The notes under the pieces are model-generated. The model was given only the letters and a program-made list of their open reading frames with translations, was not told the DNA's origin and did not search any database. From NCBI GenBank assembly GCA_965235115.1, contig OZ249441.1, forward strand, positions 8,246,001-8,310,000: a DNA stretch of 64,000 nt, written 5' to 3'. This document shows, in pieces, positions 24,789-36,964 of this stretch. The stretch's first letter is position 1. Each line of letters starts with the position of its first letter. A program made the position numbers and the translations under genes. This DNA is from Laetmonice hystrix. Taxonomy: Eukaryota.

Positions 24789-26777
24789 TGTGATAGTTGT
24801 TTTCTACGTTACAGACTGTGGTCTGGGGTTGTGATAGTTGTTTTCTACGTTACAGACTGTGGTCTGGGGTTGTGATAGTTTTCTTCATTACAGACTGTGG
24901 TCTGGGGTTGTGATAGTTGTTTTCTACGTTACAGACTGTGGTCTGGGGTTGTGATAGTTGTTTTCTACGTTACAGACTGTGGTCTGGGGTTGTGATAGTT
25001 GTTTTCTACGTTACAGACTGTGGTCTGGGGTTGTGATAGTTGTTTTCTACGTTACAGACTGTGGTCTGGGGTTGTGATAGTTGTTTTCTACGTTACAGAC
25101 TGTGGTCTGGGGTTGTGATAGTTGTTGTCTACGTTACAGACTGTGGTCTGAGGTTGTGATAGTTGTTTTCTACGTTACAGACTGTGGTCTGGGGTTGTGA
25201 TAGTTTTCTACGTTACAGACTGTGGTCTGGGGTTGTGATAGTTGTTTTCTACGTTACAAACTGTGGTCTGGGGTTGTGATAGTTGTTTTCTACGTTACAG
25301 ACTGTGGTCTGGGGTTGTGATAGTTGTTTTCTACGTTACAGACTGTGGTCTGGGGTTGTGATAGTTGTTTTCTACGTTACAGACTGTGGTCTGGGGTTGT
25401 GATAGTTTTTCCTACGTTACAGACTGTGGTCTGGTGTTGTGATAGTTGTTTTCTACGTTACAGACTGTGGTCTGGGGTTGTGATAGTTGTTTTCTACGTT
25501 ACAGACTGTGGTCTGGGGTTGTGATAGTTGTTTTCTACGTTACAGACTGTGGTCTGGGGTTGTGATAGTTGTTTTCTACGTTACAGACTGTGGTCTGGGG
25601 TTGTGATAGTTGTTTCCTACGTTACAGACTGTGGTCTGGGGTTGTGATAGTTTTCTACGTTACAGACTGTGGTCTGGGGTTGTGATAGTTGTTTTCTACG
25701 TTACAGACTGAGGTCTGGGGTTGTGATAGTTGTTTCCTACGTTACAGACTGTGGTCTGGGGTTGTGATAGTTGTTTTCTACGTTACAGACTGTGGTCTGG
25801 GGTTGTGATAGTTGTTTTCTACGTTACAGACTGTGGTCTGGGGATGTGATAGTTGTTTTCTACGTTACAGACTGTGGTCTGGGGTTGTGATAGTTGTTTT
25901 CTACGTTACAGACTGTAGTCTGGGGTTGTGATAGTTGTTTTCTACGTTACAGACTGTGGTCTGGGGTTGTGATAGTTGTTTTCTACGTTACAGACTGTGG
26001 TCTGGGGTTGTGATAGTTGTTTTCTACGTTACAGACTGTGGTCTGGGGTTGTGATAGTTGTTTTCTACGTTACAGACTGTGGTCTGGGGTTGTGATAGTT
26101 GTTTTCTACGTTACAGACTGTGGTCTGGGGTTGTGATAGTTGTTTTCTACGTTACAGACTGTGGTCTGGGGTTGTGATAGTTGTTTTCTACGTTACAGAC
26201 TGTGGTCTGGGGTTGTGATAGTTGTTTTCTACGTTACAAACTGTGGTCTGGGGTTGTGATAGTTGTTTTCTACGTTACAGACTGTGGTCTGAGGTTGTGA
26301 TAGTTCTTTTCTACGTTACAAACTGTGGTCTGGGGTTGTGATAGTTGTTTTCTACGTTACAAACTGTGGTCTGGGGTTGTGATAGTTGTTTTCTACGTTA
26401 CAGACTGTGGTCTGGGGTTGTGATAGTTGTTTTCTACGTTACAGACTGTGGTCTGGGGTTGTGATAGTTGTTTTCTACGTTACAGACTGTGGTCTGGGGT
26501 TGTTGTTTTCTACGTTACAGACTGTGGTCTGGGGTTGTGATAGTTTTCTACGTTACAGACTGTGGTCTGGGGTTGTGATAGTTGTTTTCTACGTTACAGA
26601 CTGTGGTCTGGGGTTGTGATAGTTGTTTTCTACGTTACAGACTGTGGTCTGGGGTTGTGATAGTTGTTTTCTACGTTACAGACTGTGGTCTGGGGTTGTG
26701 ATAGTTGTTTTCTACGTTACAGACTGTGGTCTGGGGTTGTGATAGTTGTTTTCTACGTTACAGACTGTGGTCTGGGG
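24789..26777. repeat. Tandem array, 41-bp unit (tgtgatagttgttttctacgttacagactgtggtctggggt), ~48 copies; largest array in the window
   Basis: Period 41 (tgatag at 24791, 24832...). Confidence 0.98.
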
Positions 26778-27066
26778 TGGGGTGAATGTCTCCGGGGTGC
26801 AGCCCGCGGAGGGGGTTGGTGGGCTGGGGGTGATATATTCCTTCCACGAGATCCATCAATCAGGTGATCAAAGTACGGAAATTGATAATAGAACAGACGT
26901 TTGGATCATAGAGAGATCAGCAAGTCAGCAGCCGGTTTGAACACTCTGGTCAGAATGTGCGGGGAGACGTGACAGTTACAGCCTGTCTGACAACAGTTAC
27001 TGCATATTGTTGGAGCGAATCACACCATCAGCCAGCCAACTCATCAAACCAGACTAGACAAACACG

Positions 27067-27558
27067 CTGTGACCAACTCCATCCTTCCCGTGTGACCGTT
27101 ACAACGGCTGTGACCGACTCTATCGTTCCCCTGTGACTGTTCCAACGGCTGTGACCGACTCCATCCTTCCCATGTGACAGTTACAACGGCTGTGACCGAC
27201 TCTATCGTTCCCCTGTGACTGTTCCAACGGCTGTGACCGACTCCATCCTTACCATGTGACCGTTACAACGGCTGTGACTGGCACCATCCTTCCCGTGTGA
27301 CTGTTACAACGGCTGTGACCGACTCTATCGTTCCTGTGTGACTGTTCCAACGGCTGTGACCGACTCCATTCTTCCCGTGTGACCGTTACAACGGCTGTGA
27401 CCGACTCTATCGTTCCCGTGTGACTGTTCCAACGACTGTGACCGACTCCATCCTTCCCATGTGACCGTTACAACGGCTCTGACCGACTCCATCGTTCTCG
27501 ATGACTGTTCCAACGGATGTGACCGACTCCATCGTTCCCGTGTGACCGTTACAACGGC
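27067..27558. repeat. Tandem array, 41-bp unit, 12 copies with largely alternating A/B variants
   Basis: ctccatccttccc...ttacaacgg alternates with ctctatcgttccc...ttccaacgg. Confidence 0.95.
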
Positions 27559-27953
27559 TTGGCAAGTGTTTCTCCCAGTTTTCATATACAGGAGTGAAAC
27601 ATTGCATTCTCAGGATAACTAACTTCCCATTGGTCTGCTCAGTTGTAAACTGGAGGAGGGGAACAAGTCTGTCCTATTTGACCTCAGTTCTACAGTGTAC
27701 AAACCGTCCTGTTGTGAGCCTTGTAGCCCACGTGGTAAAGCGGATTGTAGATGAATGATTGGACTGTGCATAATTGGGATGAATTTAATATTTTATAACT
27801 TGATAGGGTTCTTACATTTTGTATTGATAAGTGATGGTGGCTATTTTTTAATCAGGTTTAATACTGTTCTAGGAGTAATATTATATGCCATAAATTACCC
27901 TTATGTCGGGTCAGTTTTAAAACCCTTCATCAAACCTTCACTTTAAAAAACCC

Positions 27954-28810
27954 GTAGATCTGTCAAGTGTGGGAACCTCCCTGTTCCCACCCGGGTGGGT
28001 GTGACAGATATTGTGTTAGATTGTAGATCCGCCAAGTGTGGGAACCTCCCTGTCCCCACCCGAGGGTGACATATATTGTGTTAGATTGTAGATCCGTCAA
28101 GTGTGGAAACCTCCCTGTCCCCACCCGGGTGGGTGTGACAGATATTGTGTTAGATTGTAGATCCGCCAAGTGTGGGAACCTCCCTGTCCCCACCCGAGGG
28201 TGACATATATTGTGTTAGATTGTAGATCTGTCAAGTGTGGGAACCTCCCTGTCCCCACCCGGGGGTTAATTAATATATTGTGTTAGATTGTAGATCCGCC
28301 AAGTGTGAAAACCTCCCTGTCCCCACCCGGGTGTGTGTGACAGATATTGGGTTAGATTGTAGATCCGTCAAGTGTGGGAACCTCCCTGTTCCCACCCGGG
28401 TGGGTGTGACAGATATTGTGTTAGATTGTAGATCCGCCAAGTGTGGGAACCTCCCTGTCCCCACCCGGGTGGGTGTGACAGATATTGTGTTAGATTGTAG
28501 ATCCGCCAAGTGTGGGAACCTCCCTGTCCCCACCCGGGTGGGTGTGACAGATATTGTGTTAGATTGTAGATCCGCCAAGTGTGGGAACCTCCCTGTCCCC
28601 ACCCGGGTGGGTGTGACAGATATTGTGTTAGATTGTAGATCCGCCAAGTGTGGGAACCTCCCTGTCCCCACCCGAGGGTGACATATATTGTGTTAGATTG
28701 TAGATCCGCAAAGTGTGGGAACCTCCCTGTCCCCACCCGGGTGTGTGTGTGACAGGTATTGTGTTAGATTGTAGATCCGTCAAGTGTGAGAACCTCCCTG
28801 TCCTACCCGG
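27954..28810. repeat. Tandem array, 69-bp unit (some shorter variants), ~13 copies
   Basis: gtgtgggaacc at 28441, 28510...; explains ORFs 28270..28736. Confidence 0.96.
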
Positions 28811-29340
28811 GGGGGGGGGGGGCGGAGAAGAGGGGGTTTTGGAGGGGAAGGGGTTTACTGGTTGAGGATCTTCAAGTGGCGAGCTGAGAGCTACTTAAAC
28901 AGGAAGGGTTACTGATGGAAATGCCCTCACAGCAAAGATAAACCTATCTGCCGAGAGTTAGGAGACCAGTTTAAAAGGATTTCGATTTGCTCTAGGCCTG
29001 TGCTACATCAACATTGATGTTTCCACCAAACCTACCGATAATAGAGCACTCGTTAACCATTCACGACGCCCCGTTTATTGCCGTCTTGTTAGTTCAGGAG
29101 TTTGATTCCAACTGTCAGAATAAATGAGGCCCATAAATTTGGCTCCAATAAAGAGGTAATTGTATGTCATGACGAATGACTGCGCGCCATTTTTCAGCCA
29201 CCTTTAGGTTCGAGACAATGAAAGGACATGACGCACATAGGCCTACACAATATAAGGACATCATTCAGTACGATACGGGTATGAATATTGTATGGACCTT
29301 CTACAGGTTCACAGACCGGTAAGACATCAGTGACACTGCT

Positions 29341-30296
29341 GGGTGGTGGGCAGGTAATGTCAGCAGTGAGGGTGGTGGGCAGGTAATGTCAGCAGTGAGG
29401 GTGGTGGGCAGGTAATGTCAGCAGTGAGGGTGGTGGGCAGGTGATGTCAGCAGTGAGGGTGGTGGGCAGGTAATGTCAGCAGTGAGGGCGGTGGGCAGGT
29501 GTCAGCAGTGAGGGTGGTGGGCAGGTGTCAGCAGTGAGGGTGGTGGGCAGGTGTCAGCAGTGAGGGTGGTGGGCAGGTGTCAGCAGTGAGGGTGGTGGGC
29601 AGGTAATGTCAGCAGTGAGGGTGGTGGGCAGGGGATGTCAGCAGTGAGGGTGGTGGGCAGGGGATGTCAGCAGTGAGGGTGGTGGGCAGGTAATGTCAGC
29701 AGTGAGGGTGGTGGGCAGGGGATGTCAGCAGTGAGGGTGGTGGGCAGGTGTCAGCAGTGAGGGTGGTGGGCAGGTGATGTCAGCAGTGAGGGTGGTGGGC
29801 AGGTGATGTCAGCAGTGAGGGTGGTGGGCAGGTAATGTCAGCAGTGAGGGTGGTGGGCAGGTGATGTCAGCAGTGAGGGTGGTGGGCAGGTGATGTCAGC
29901 AGTGAGGGTGGTGGGCAGGTAATGTCAGCAGTGAGGGTGGTGGGCAGGTAATGTCAGCAGTGAGGGTGGTGGGCAGGTGATGTCAGCAGTGAGGGTGGTG
30001 GGCAGGTGATGTCAGCAGTGAGGGTGGTGGGCAGGTGATGTCAGCAGTGAGGGTGGTGGGCAGGTGATGTCAGCAGTGAGGGTGGTGGGCAGGTGATGTC
30101 AGCAGTGAGGGTGGTGGGCAGGTGATGTCAGCAGTGAGGGTGGTTGGCAGGTGATGTCAGCAGTGAGGGTGGTGGGCAGGTGATGTCAGCAGTGAGGGTG
30201 GTGGGCAGGTGATGTCAGCAGTGAGGGTGGTGGGCAGGTGATGTCAGCAGTGAGGGTGGTGGGCAGGTAATGTCAGCAGTGAGGGTGGTGGGCAGG
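29341..30296. repeat. G-rich tandem array, 29-bp unit (tgtcagcagtgagggtggtgggcaggt[a/g]a), ~33 copies
   Basis: Period 29, with some 26-bp units. Confidence 0.97.
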
Positions 30297-30965
30297 GGGT
30301 GTATGGATAGACCATTGTCTGCATGGACAGGTCGTGGGGAGGGGGGAGAGAAGGCAGGTTGTCAACCTAATTGCGTTCTGTGTTCCACAGTCCATACTGA
30401 AAGCTTGGAGACGTTTTCTCTTTCTTCCAGCACCGCCTAGAGAACAGTGTGTTGATCTCAAGGGCCTGCCGTAGTTGATACGTCATTGGACTAGAAACCT
30501 GTGTTATAAAATCATTTCACAACTCCTGGCATACTGCCGATGATATTGCAACCTCACGACCTGAAATCTGAGAGTACAACTCGAGTGCACTCTCTGTGAG
30601 TCCTTCAAAGGCTTGGCATGAACAAACTTTTTTTATTCGGTGTTCAAATTATGATTGTAAACAGAGAAACAGAACACAATGACAGATGGCTTGTAGGTAA
30701 AACTGTACGACACTATGTAAACGTGGATGCCGTCGGTCATAAAGTAGCAATTATAAAGGGTGGAGTCCCGGTAATAGTACCGGCAGGCAGACTGCATGAA
30801 AACCGGGTCGGTTAACCTCAATGTTGACGATGACAAGCACTGCTTGCAGCTAATTTGCACACCTAATTGAAGGTGTCCATTGTTGTGAAACCAAATGTTA
30901 TCTTTGATCCACGGCCGGCCGGACATTGTTTACCCTGACTGTGAGCGATCACGGCTGACTCTCAG

Positions 30966-31391
30966 CTACTCGACACTCGTCGAGCTGAACCCAATCAATC
31001 TGTGGTGTACGGCGGGGGGAACACTGGCCCTCCGTACACCATGGACACCTACTACAACGGGGGCTGGCACGGGGGGCCGCCTCCAGAGGGGACCGGCATG
31101 GGGGGCGCCTCCACAGTGGAATGGCTTGGGAGCCGGCAGGGGCCGTCTGCACAGGGGGCCGACAAGGCGGACCGGCAGAGGCCGCCTACGCAGGAGCCGT
31201 CAATGGGGGGGGGGGAGCTGGGGGGGGGGGGGGGGGCTCCGTCAAGGGGGGCCGACCCGTCAAGGGGGGGCCGACAGGGGGAGGGGGCAGCAGTCTCCGC
31301 TCGACAAATGATGATTAGACAGTCTTTCAATGGAAACACCTACTCATTGTTCCCGGGGATAATGACCAATCATGAAAAATACCAATCATGA
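30966..31391 (+). CDS. Candidate Gly/Pro-rich coding segment (possible terminal exon), product unknown
   Basis: Open frame after gactctcag|; reads LLDTRRAEPNQSVVYGGGNTGPPYTMDTYYNGGWHGGPPPEG...; strongly G/C-ending codons, but all frames are open in this G-rich stretch. Confidence 0.25.
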   Translation, partial: LLDTRRAEPNQSVVYGGGNTGPPYTMDTYYNGGWHGGPPPEGTGMGGASTVEWLGSRQGPSAQGADKADRQRPPTQEPSMGGGELGGGGGAPSRGADPSRGGRQGEGAAVSARQMMIRQSFNGNTYSLFPGIMTNHEKYQS

Positions 31392-31833
31392 ACACATCTA
31401 CACACCACAAAAAGCAGGGCCAGGGAAAACCTCAGAGTATAAATAGAAACAGAGCAATGGCTCCACAATAGAGGACAATGGCCCAGCGGCCGGTGTAGCC
31501 TTTCATGCAGGCCGCTGGCAGATCTTACAAAGGTCGTCTGGCGAGTTTCCTCATGATGGCTGCCAAGAGACTTCTGTCAACTACCCCACCACTGGACTGC
31601 GGGCTTTGCCTTCACACTGGAAAGCAATCAGTCATCCTACAGTTGGTGCATGGTCTGTGGACTGGCTCTGGCGACCTGTTAATACACGTGGGGTTCTAAT
31701 GCTAGGACGATACATGATTTCATGGTCACCTCACACCAGCCATCTGATGCGATGTGTGTTTAGAGTCCCGGGCTGGAGCCTCCAGTGAGAATGGTCAGAG
31801 ACCATGGAGGGGGGTCCTGAAGGAGACCAGGGG

Positions 31834-32508
31834 CCGGTGTCACGGTCCCGGGGTTCCTGTCAGCCCGAAAGTTCCTATATCCAATCAAAATCCAGAACCG
31901 CGAGCGCGCTCAGCCGCGAAGGCGTGAAAACCGTGCCTTGGACAGCAAAAGCCAGAGCCCCAGTCCAGTTGTTCCTGCACCGACGTTGTGTCTTCATTTT
32001 TCAGTCACCGTAGGGCGCATTGTTACATGTTACCGTACAAATCAAATCAACCTTATCAAATATGACAAATTCTGTCAAAACAATTACTCGACTTCATGCG
32101 TTTCTATTTATTTTGTAACCTGTCAGGATGGAAGAAGACAAGGCAGAGCCTGGTGGAATGTCATCTCTGGCTGCATTCAGGGAATATATGCAAGAAATCC
32201 AGCATTATCTAACTAATGGCCAACATCTTCCTGGAACCAACGACGCTCTGCTTATTTTCGTCTGGATATATAGGCCTATCTCCTTTTTGTAATGTCTCAG
32301 ACAGGAACCTCTGTAACGCCTACTCTGCTATCCTTTATCACCGCTACGCTGTAAGGTAACTCTGAGACCGGGGGAACACAGGGCATGGCTATACGCGTTC
32401 CCAAAGTTCCTGTGGGAGTGGCTTCTATCCTGCGCATGCGCACTGGATACTATAGGAACAACCAGTCCACAGGAACAACGGGACCGCCACACCGGTTTCT
32501 TTGTCACA
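31834..32508. mobile_element. Possible degenerate TIR-element remnant (Ginger-like, tentative)
   Basis: 31834-31883 resembles the reverse complement of 32444-32495 (~70% by eye); internal 54-aa ORF 32128-32292 contains EIQHYLTNG; right end terminates in ...tgtcaca. Confidence 0.3.
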
Positions 32509-33397
32509 TTTGAGACCAGTCCCAGGGGTTGTATGATGTCAACAGGCGACGCCTGTAGAAGCGTCGGAGTGTATCCGTGTGTACGAATATAGCCACATTA
32601 AAATATTCTCGCCTGTCATGACGCCAAAGGTTCGTGGTGTCTGTTAGATTTGTGGGGTTTACGTCCTATCGGCCACTACTAGCTAATTTCAAGAAAAGAA
32701 GGGAGTTAGGGGGCTACATGCAGCTGGAAAGGAGGGAGTTAGGGGACTGCCTGCATCTGGAGAGGCGGGAGCCAAGCGACTACATCCAGCTGGAGCGCTG
32801 GGTCCAGCCGGACTTTGTATTCGGGCTCGGCTGGAGCCGATTTGTCAGAGCTTAAACTTGGTTTCTGGCTGAATGACGTGGTCAGAGGAGCCTGCCCGTA
32901 CCCGGGACGGTAAACCATGAAATTCGCTCAGTCAGGAGAAGCCTTGCTTGTCTGTGATCTACACAGCCCAATCAGAATGCCTTCCGATCTTGTCTTTATC
33001 AGTTAGCGCGTCACACGTGACCACAGACAAGAAAAGAATATTTTTTTTACTTCCCACAGTGGTGTTTTTCTGCCTGTGAACCTGTTGGAGCTGTTTTGGC
33101 TGCAGGAGTTGCAAGGAGGGCTTATGTATATTTAAACAATTGAAACAATAGAAAATATTTAACAATTGGGGGTTTGTATTTTGTTTGGAATGGTGTTTGA
33201 CATTGGAGTCTAGCTAGTCACCAAAGAGAACATGATTGTGTCAGAAAAAAACACGCCCCAACCGTCAGGATACACTATGCACATAATGAACTGAAACCAT
33301 CCAACTGCAGTCCGAAGACAAAGTAGGCAATTATCAGTTGTCAAGTTTATCTGAGCTTAGCTTCAGCCGCGTATTTAGCATTTTGATGGAGCCTTAA

Positions 33398-33563
33398 AGC
33401 CAAGAATCCATGTGTCCGTATTGCCTTTTGCGTAGTGCATGATTAAAACAATGAAAACACGCATTACGCACTACGCACACATGGAATCACTCCAACTTGT
33501 TTTCATTGATTTTGATGCAGTACGTGCATCACGCCAACAGTACGTACACATGGATTCCTGGCT
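33398..33563. mobile_element. 166-bp MITE with 23-bp TIRs (2 mismatches)
   Basis: agccaagaatccatgtgtccgta versus tacgtacacatggattcctggct; flanks taa / tca; inner inverted pairs tgcgtagtgc/gcactacgca and aatgaaaaca/tgttttcatt. Confidence 0.8.
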
Positions 33564-34015
33564 TCACGTGTTGGCGAAGCGTGGGTGAATTGATACCGTA
33601 AATGGCGTCGACGACACGGCCGTAAGTAGCTGGAGTGTCGCTATAACATATGATGAATTCCCAGACTTGTTTACTCACCACATTGCCACATAGGACAACA
33701 AGAAGTCACTGAAAAACAAGTCCCCGGATAACTTTGATAACCAGAGCCGGAGAATTCTTAAAGAAAGTCGATCCGATCGCAGGAACTCCACGCGTTATCT
33801 CTTTGCCCTTAGATACTTTGTCACTAACGAGCAGTTGCGCATCTGTAGAGAAACTTTCTAGAAGGTCACAGTTTTGCTGCCCTGCTTTTGTGAAGATGTA
33901 AAGACTTTTAATTTGCCAATAGATAAAGAAGACAACGACAGCTGTGTGGCTGTCTGAGAGTCACAGCCATGGCAGGAATATGGCGACTCCCGTGTGGCTA
34001 TTTTAGGATTACTTA

Positions 34016-34208
34016 ATATGTGTGCAGGAATGAAAGAGATAATATCGAAGGGAAGTTAAGATTAATTATGTGTACAGGAATGAAAGAGAGAATATCGAAG
34101 GGAAGTTAAGATTAATTATGTGTGCAGGAATGAAAGAGAGAATATCGAAGTTAAGATTAATTATGTGTACAGGAATGAAGGAGAGAATATCGAAGGGAAG
34201 TTAAGATT
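34016..34208. repeat. Tandem repeat, ~50-bp unit, ~4 copies
   Basis: atgtgt(g/a)caggaatgaaagag recurs. Confidence 0.9.
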
Positions 34209-34637
34209 ACCAGTCAAATACCCAGGTAGTCTACTCGTCTTCAGTGGTGAACGGCGACCGAGGAGGGGACGCAATCAGTCGGAGGAGGCCTTCCTCAGAG
34301 CCAGATACTACCTTTCATGTTGGTATGGTAACTGGTTCATGCACCTGAGATAGCATTCACCTGATGTAATCATCTCTTAGACTGCTTTAATCACCTGATC
34401 AGACTGCAGGACGAGCTGGTTGCACGGAATCTGCCACAGTAGATTGTAGAAACAACCAGTCCGGAATTTTTAATACGATTTATACCGGAGAGTGTTTCAC
34501 CAGTGTGAAACAACTACCGTGGGGAAACGAAAAATAATATTATCTACAAGGGAACAATAAGACTGAGGCAGTGGCATTAAAAGCTGAGCTGTAGGGGGAG
34601 GGCGAGAGACGGGCAGACTTGTGGACAGCAATATGAA

Positions 34638-34898
34638 GTCGTTACATGAGTCGGTAGCAGTTACTCTTGTATAACATGGCAGTGATATTGTCGTTACATG
34701 AGTCGGTAGCAGTTACTCTTGTATAACATGGCAGTGATATTGTCGTTACATGAGTCGGTAGCAGTTACTCTTGTATAACATGGCAGTGATATTGTCGTTA
34801 CATGAGTCGGTAGCAGTTACTCTTGTATAACATGGCAGTGATATTGTCGTTACATGAGTCGGTAGCAGTTACTCTTGTATAACATGGCAGTGATATTG
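34638..34898. repeat. Tandem array, 52-bp unit, 5 copies
   Basis: agtgatat at 34681, 34733... Confidence 0.95.
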
Positions 34899-36069
34899 AC
34901 ACGTGCCGGGTTGAATGGTGGAACTGTTAGGGCTGTTTTCCTCATAACAGGCCGAGAGACCACTTACTAACATTCTGAGAAGAATTCCTGAAGTGATTTT
35001 CTCTTTGTGTTGTAATGAAGCATGCTGGTGAGATCAGCCATCTACTATTTGGTCATGAATACCTGAGTTTTGTAAAGGCAGCCTGAAGGAACTAATCCAA
35101 TGAATCTGATATGAAAACGGCTGTGCAAAGATCAAAATATTTACAAAGGAATCCTCTCTACGCAAGATACACTTGGAAAAAGGGCTAAGTGAAGATACAA
35201 AATATGCGAACCGTGCCTCAAGGAAAGATTTCCCTGATCTATCGTCTTCTGTGGTGCAGTTCCATGTAGTGCAGGGAAATATGTCTGGATCAGATTTGGG
35301 ACAAATTGCGCAGTTGGTAAGGTTCTGACGTCTCGAGCTGCCGCCCGTGCGACTGGTGAGGTAGATTCCTTCATCGTAATGTCTCTATGAGGGATGGTGG
35401 TAAGAAATGTGGTTCCCAGACCCAAATCTGGAAGGGCGGGCCCAATCATCATCATGAACCATACTAGGCGGAGGAGGGCCTAGTAGGCACGCAACATCCG
35501 TTACGTCATAACTCCCCATTGGTTTAACATTAGGGTGAATGTACACCTCTCCAAATATTGGCCTTTTTTGACAGTAAATATCTCTTATGTATAAACTGTA
35601 AATTTTTATTTCATAAGATATATTGGTTTTGATGTATAATAAGTTTGATGAATTAGAGAACAATAATGGTGGAATTATACACGGGTTGAAGTTGAGAGAA
35701 ACTTCTCCAAGGCTATATGACCGGAACCGGAATTTGGCCGTCGCCAGTTTGGGCCGCCAACCCGCATTTCTCGTCGAATCGCGTATTGTAACTACGCTCT
35801 CTATAACGTTAATATCCGAGCCTGTTGACCGGAAGCGGCTGGTATTTGGTCTTCCTCCGTCGATCCGTGTCCATGGCTGCGGTTATTGCCACATCTCCCC
35901 GGCTCTCACTCTGAGTACCCCATCCCCATTATTCCATTACCGGTTAGAGGTAACGTTTCTACCATCAGCAGATTAACTTAACACGATGCGCGTGTTTCGG
36001 ACTCAATTAACCATTTAATGGTTCTAACCTTTCACCAGCCTGGGGACATGTAACAAGGAACGTGTGTGG

Positions 36070-36201
36070 TTACTCGCTCAGTGTCCATGTCCCAAGTGTT
36101 CTCAGACAGGAATTACTCGCTCAGTGTTCATGTCCCAAGTGTTCTCAGACAGGAATTACTCGCTCAGTGTTCACGTCCCAAGTGTTCTCAGACAGGAATT
36201 A
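36070..36201. repeat. Tandem repeat, 43-bp unit, 3 copies
   Basis: ttactcgctcagtgt...cagacaggaat occurs three times. Confidence 0.92.
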
Positions 36202-36613
36202 TTTAGTAACTACAGGTCGGGTATCACGACCCTCGCGGCATGCTCACGACTCGATTCCCCGGGTGTTTCATCCCAACGATCACTTTCAGTGGATTATCTT
36301 AGCATGCATCACCGAGTAATCACATTGAGAGGGAAATAGGAACGCTTTGTTTCTGTTTTTTTATGAAATCTCGCCCAGGGGAGTTTGAAATGGCAGCACA
36401 CTGACAGATTTCCAGAAGTTGCAGCAGTCTATGATTCGTATCCACCTTGTGACAAGCAATCAGAAGGTAAAATCGCCTCGTAGAACATGGACATTTAGCT
36501 GTCTGGATTGACCCTTAACCCCCCTAAGTCCGAGGTTATGCCATGTCAAGAGGGTGTTAGCTTAACCCCATCTGAGGCGAGGTCAGAGTGCATCGCCTAC
36601 TCAGTGTAACAGA

Positions 36614-36964
36614 TGACTCTAAGTTACCCATCGTTTTACATCTATGAAACAGCCTGACTCTAAGTTACCCTTGGTTTTACATCCGTGAAACAGTCTGACT
36701 CTAAGTTACCCTTGGTTTTACATCCATGAAACAGCCTGACTCTAAGTTACCCTTGGTTTTACATCCATGAAGCAGCCTGACTCTAAGTTACCCTTGGTTT
36801 TACATCCATGAAACAGTCTGACTCTAAGTAACCCTTGGTTTTACATCCATGAAGCAGCCTGACTCTAAGTTACCCTTGGTTTTACATCCATGACAGTCTG
36901 ACTCTAAGTTACCCTTGGTTTTACATCCATGAAGCAGCCTGACTCTAAGTTACCCTTCGTTTAC
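36614..36964. repeat. Tandem array, 41-bp unit (tgactctaagttacccttggttttacatccatgaaacagcc), ~8.5 copies
   Basis: Period 41. Confidence 0.95.

Noticed and set aside
29207-29216. Pol III B-box-like GGTTCGAGAC (and a degenerate minus-strand one near 55480-55510)
   Set aside because: No A-box at suitable spacing and no cloverleaf; no tRNA or SINE call supportable.
31560-31682. HH...CxxC peptide (LPHHWTAGFAFTLESNQSSYSWCMVC) resembling an integrase zinc finger
   Set aside because: Spacing does not fit HHCC, and no downstream DDE domain is present.
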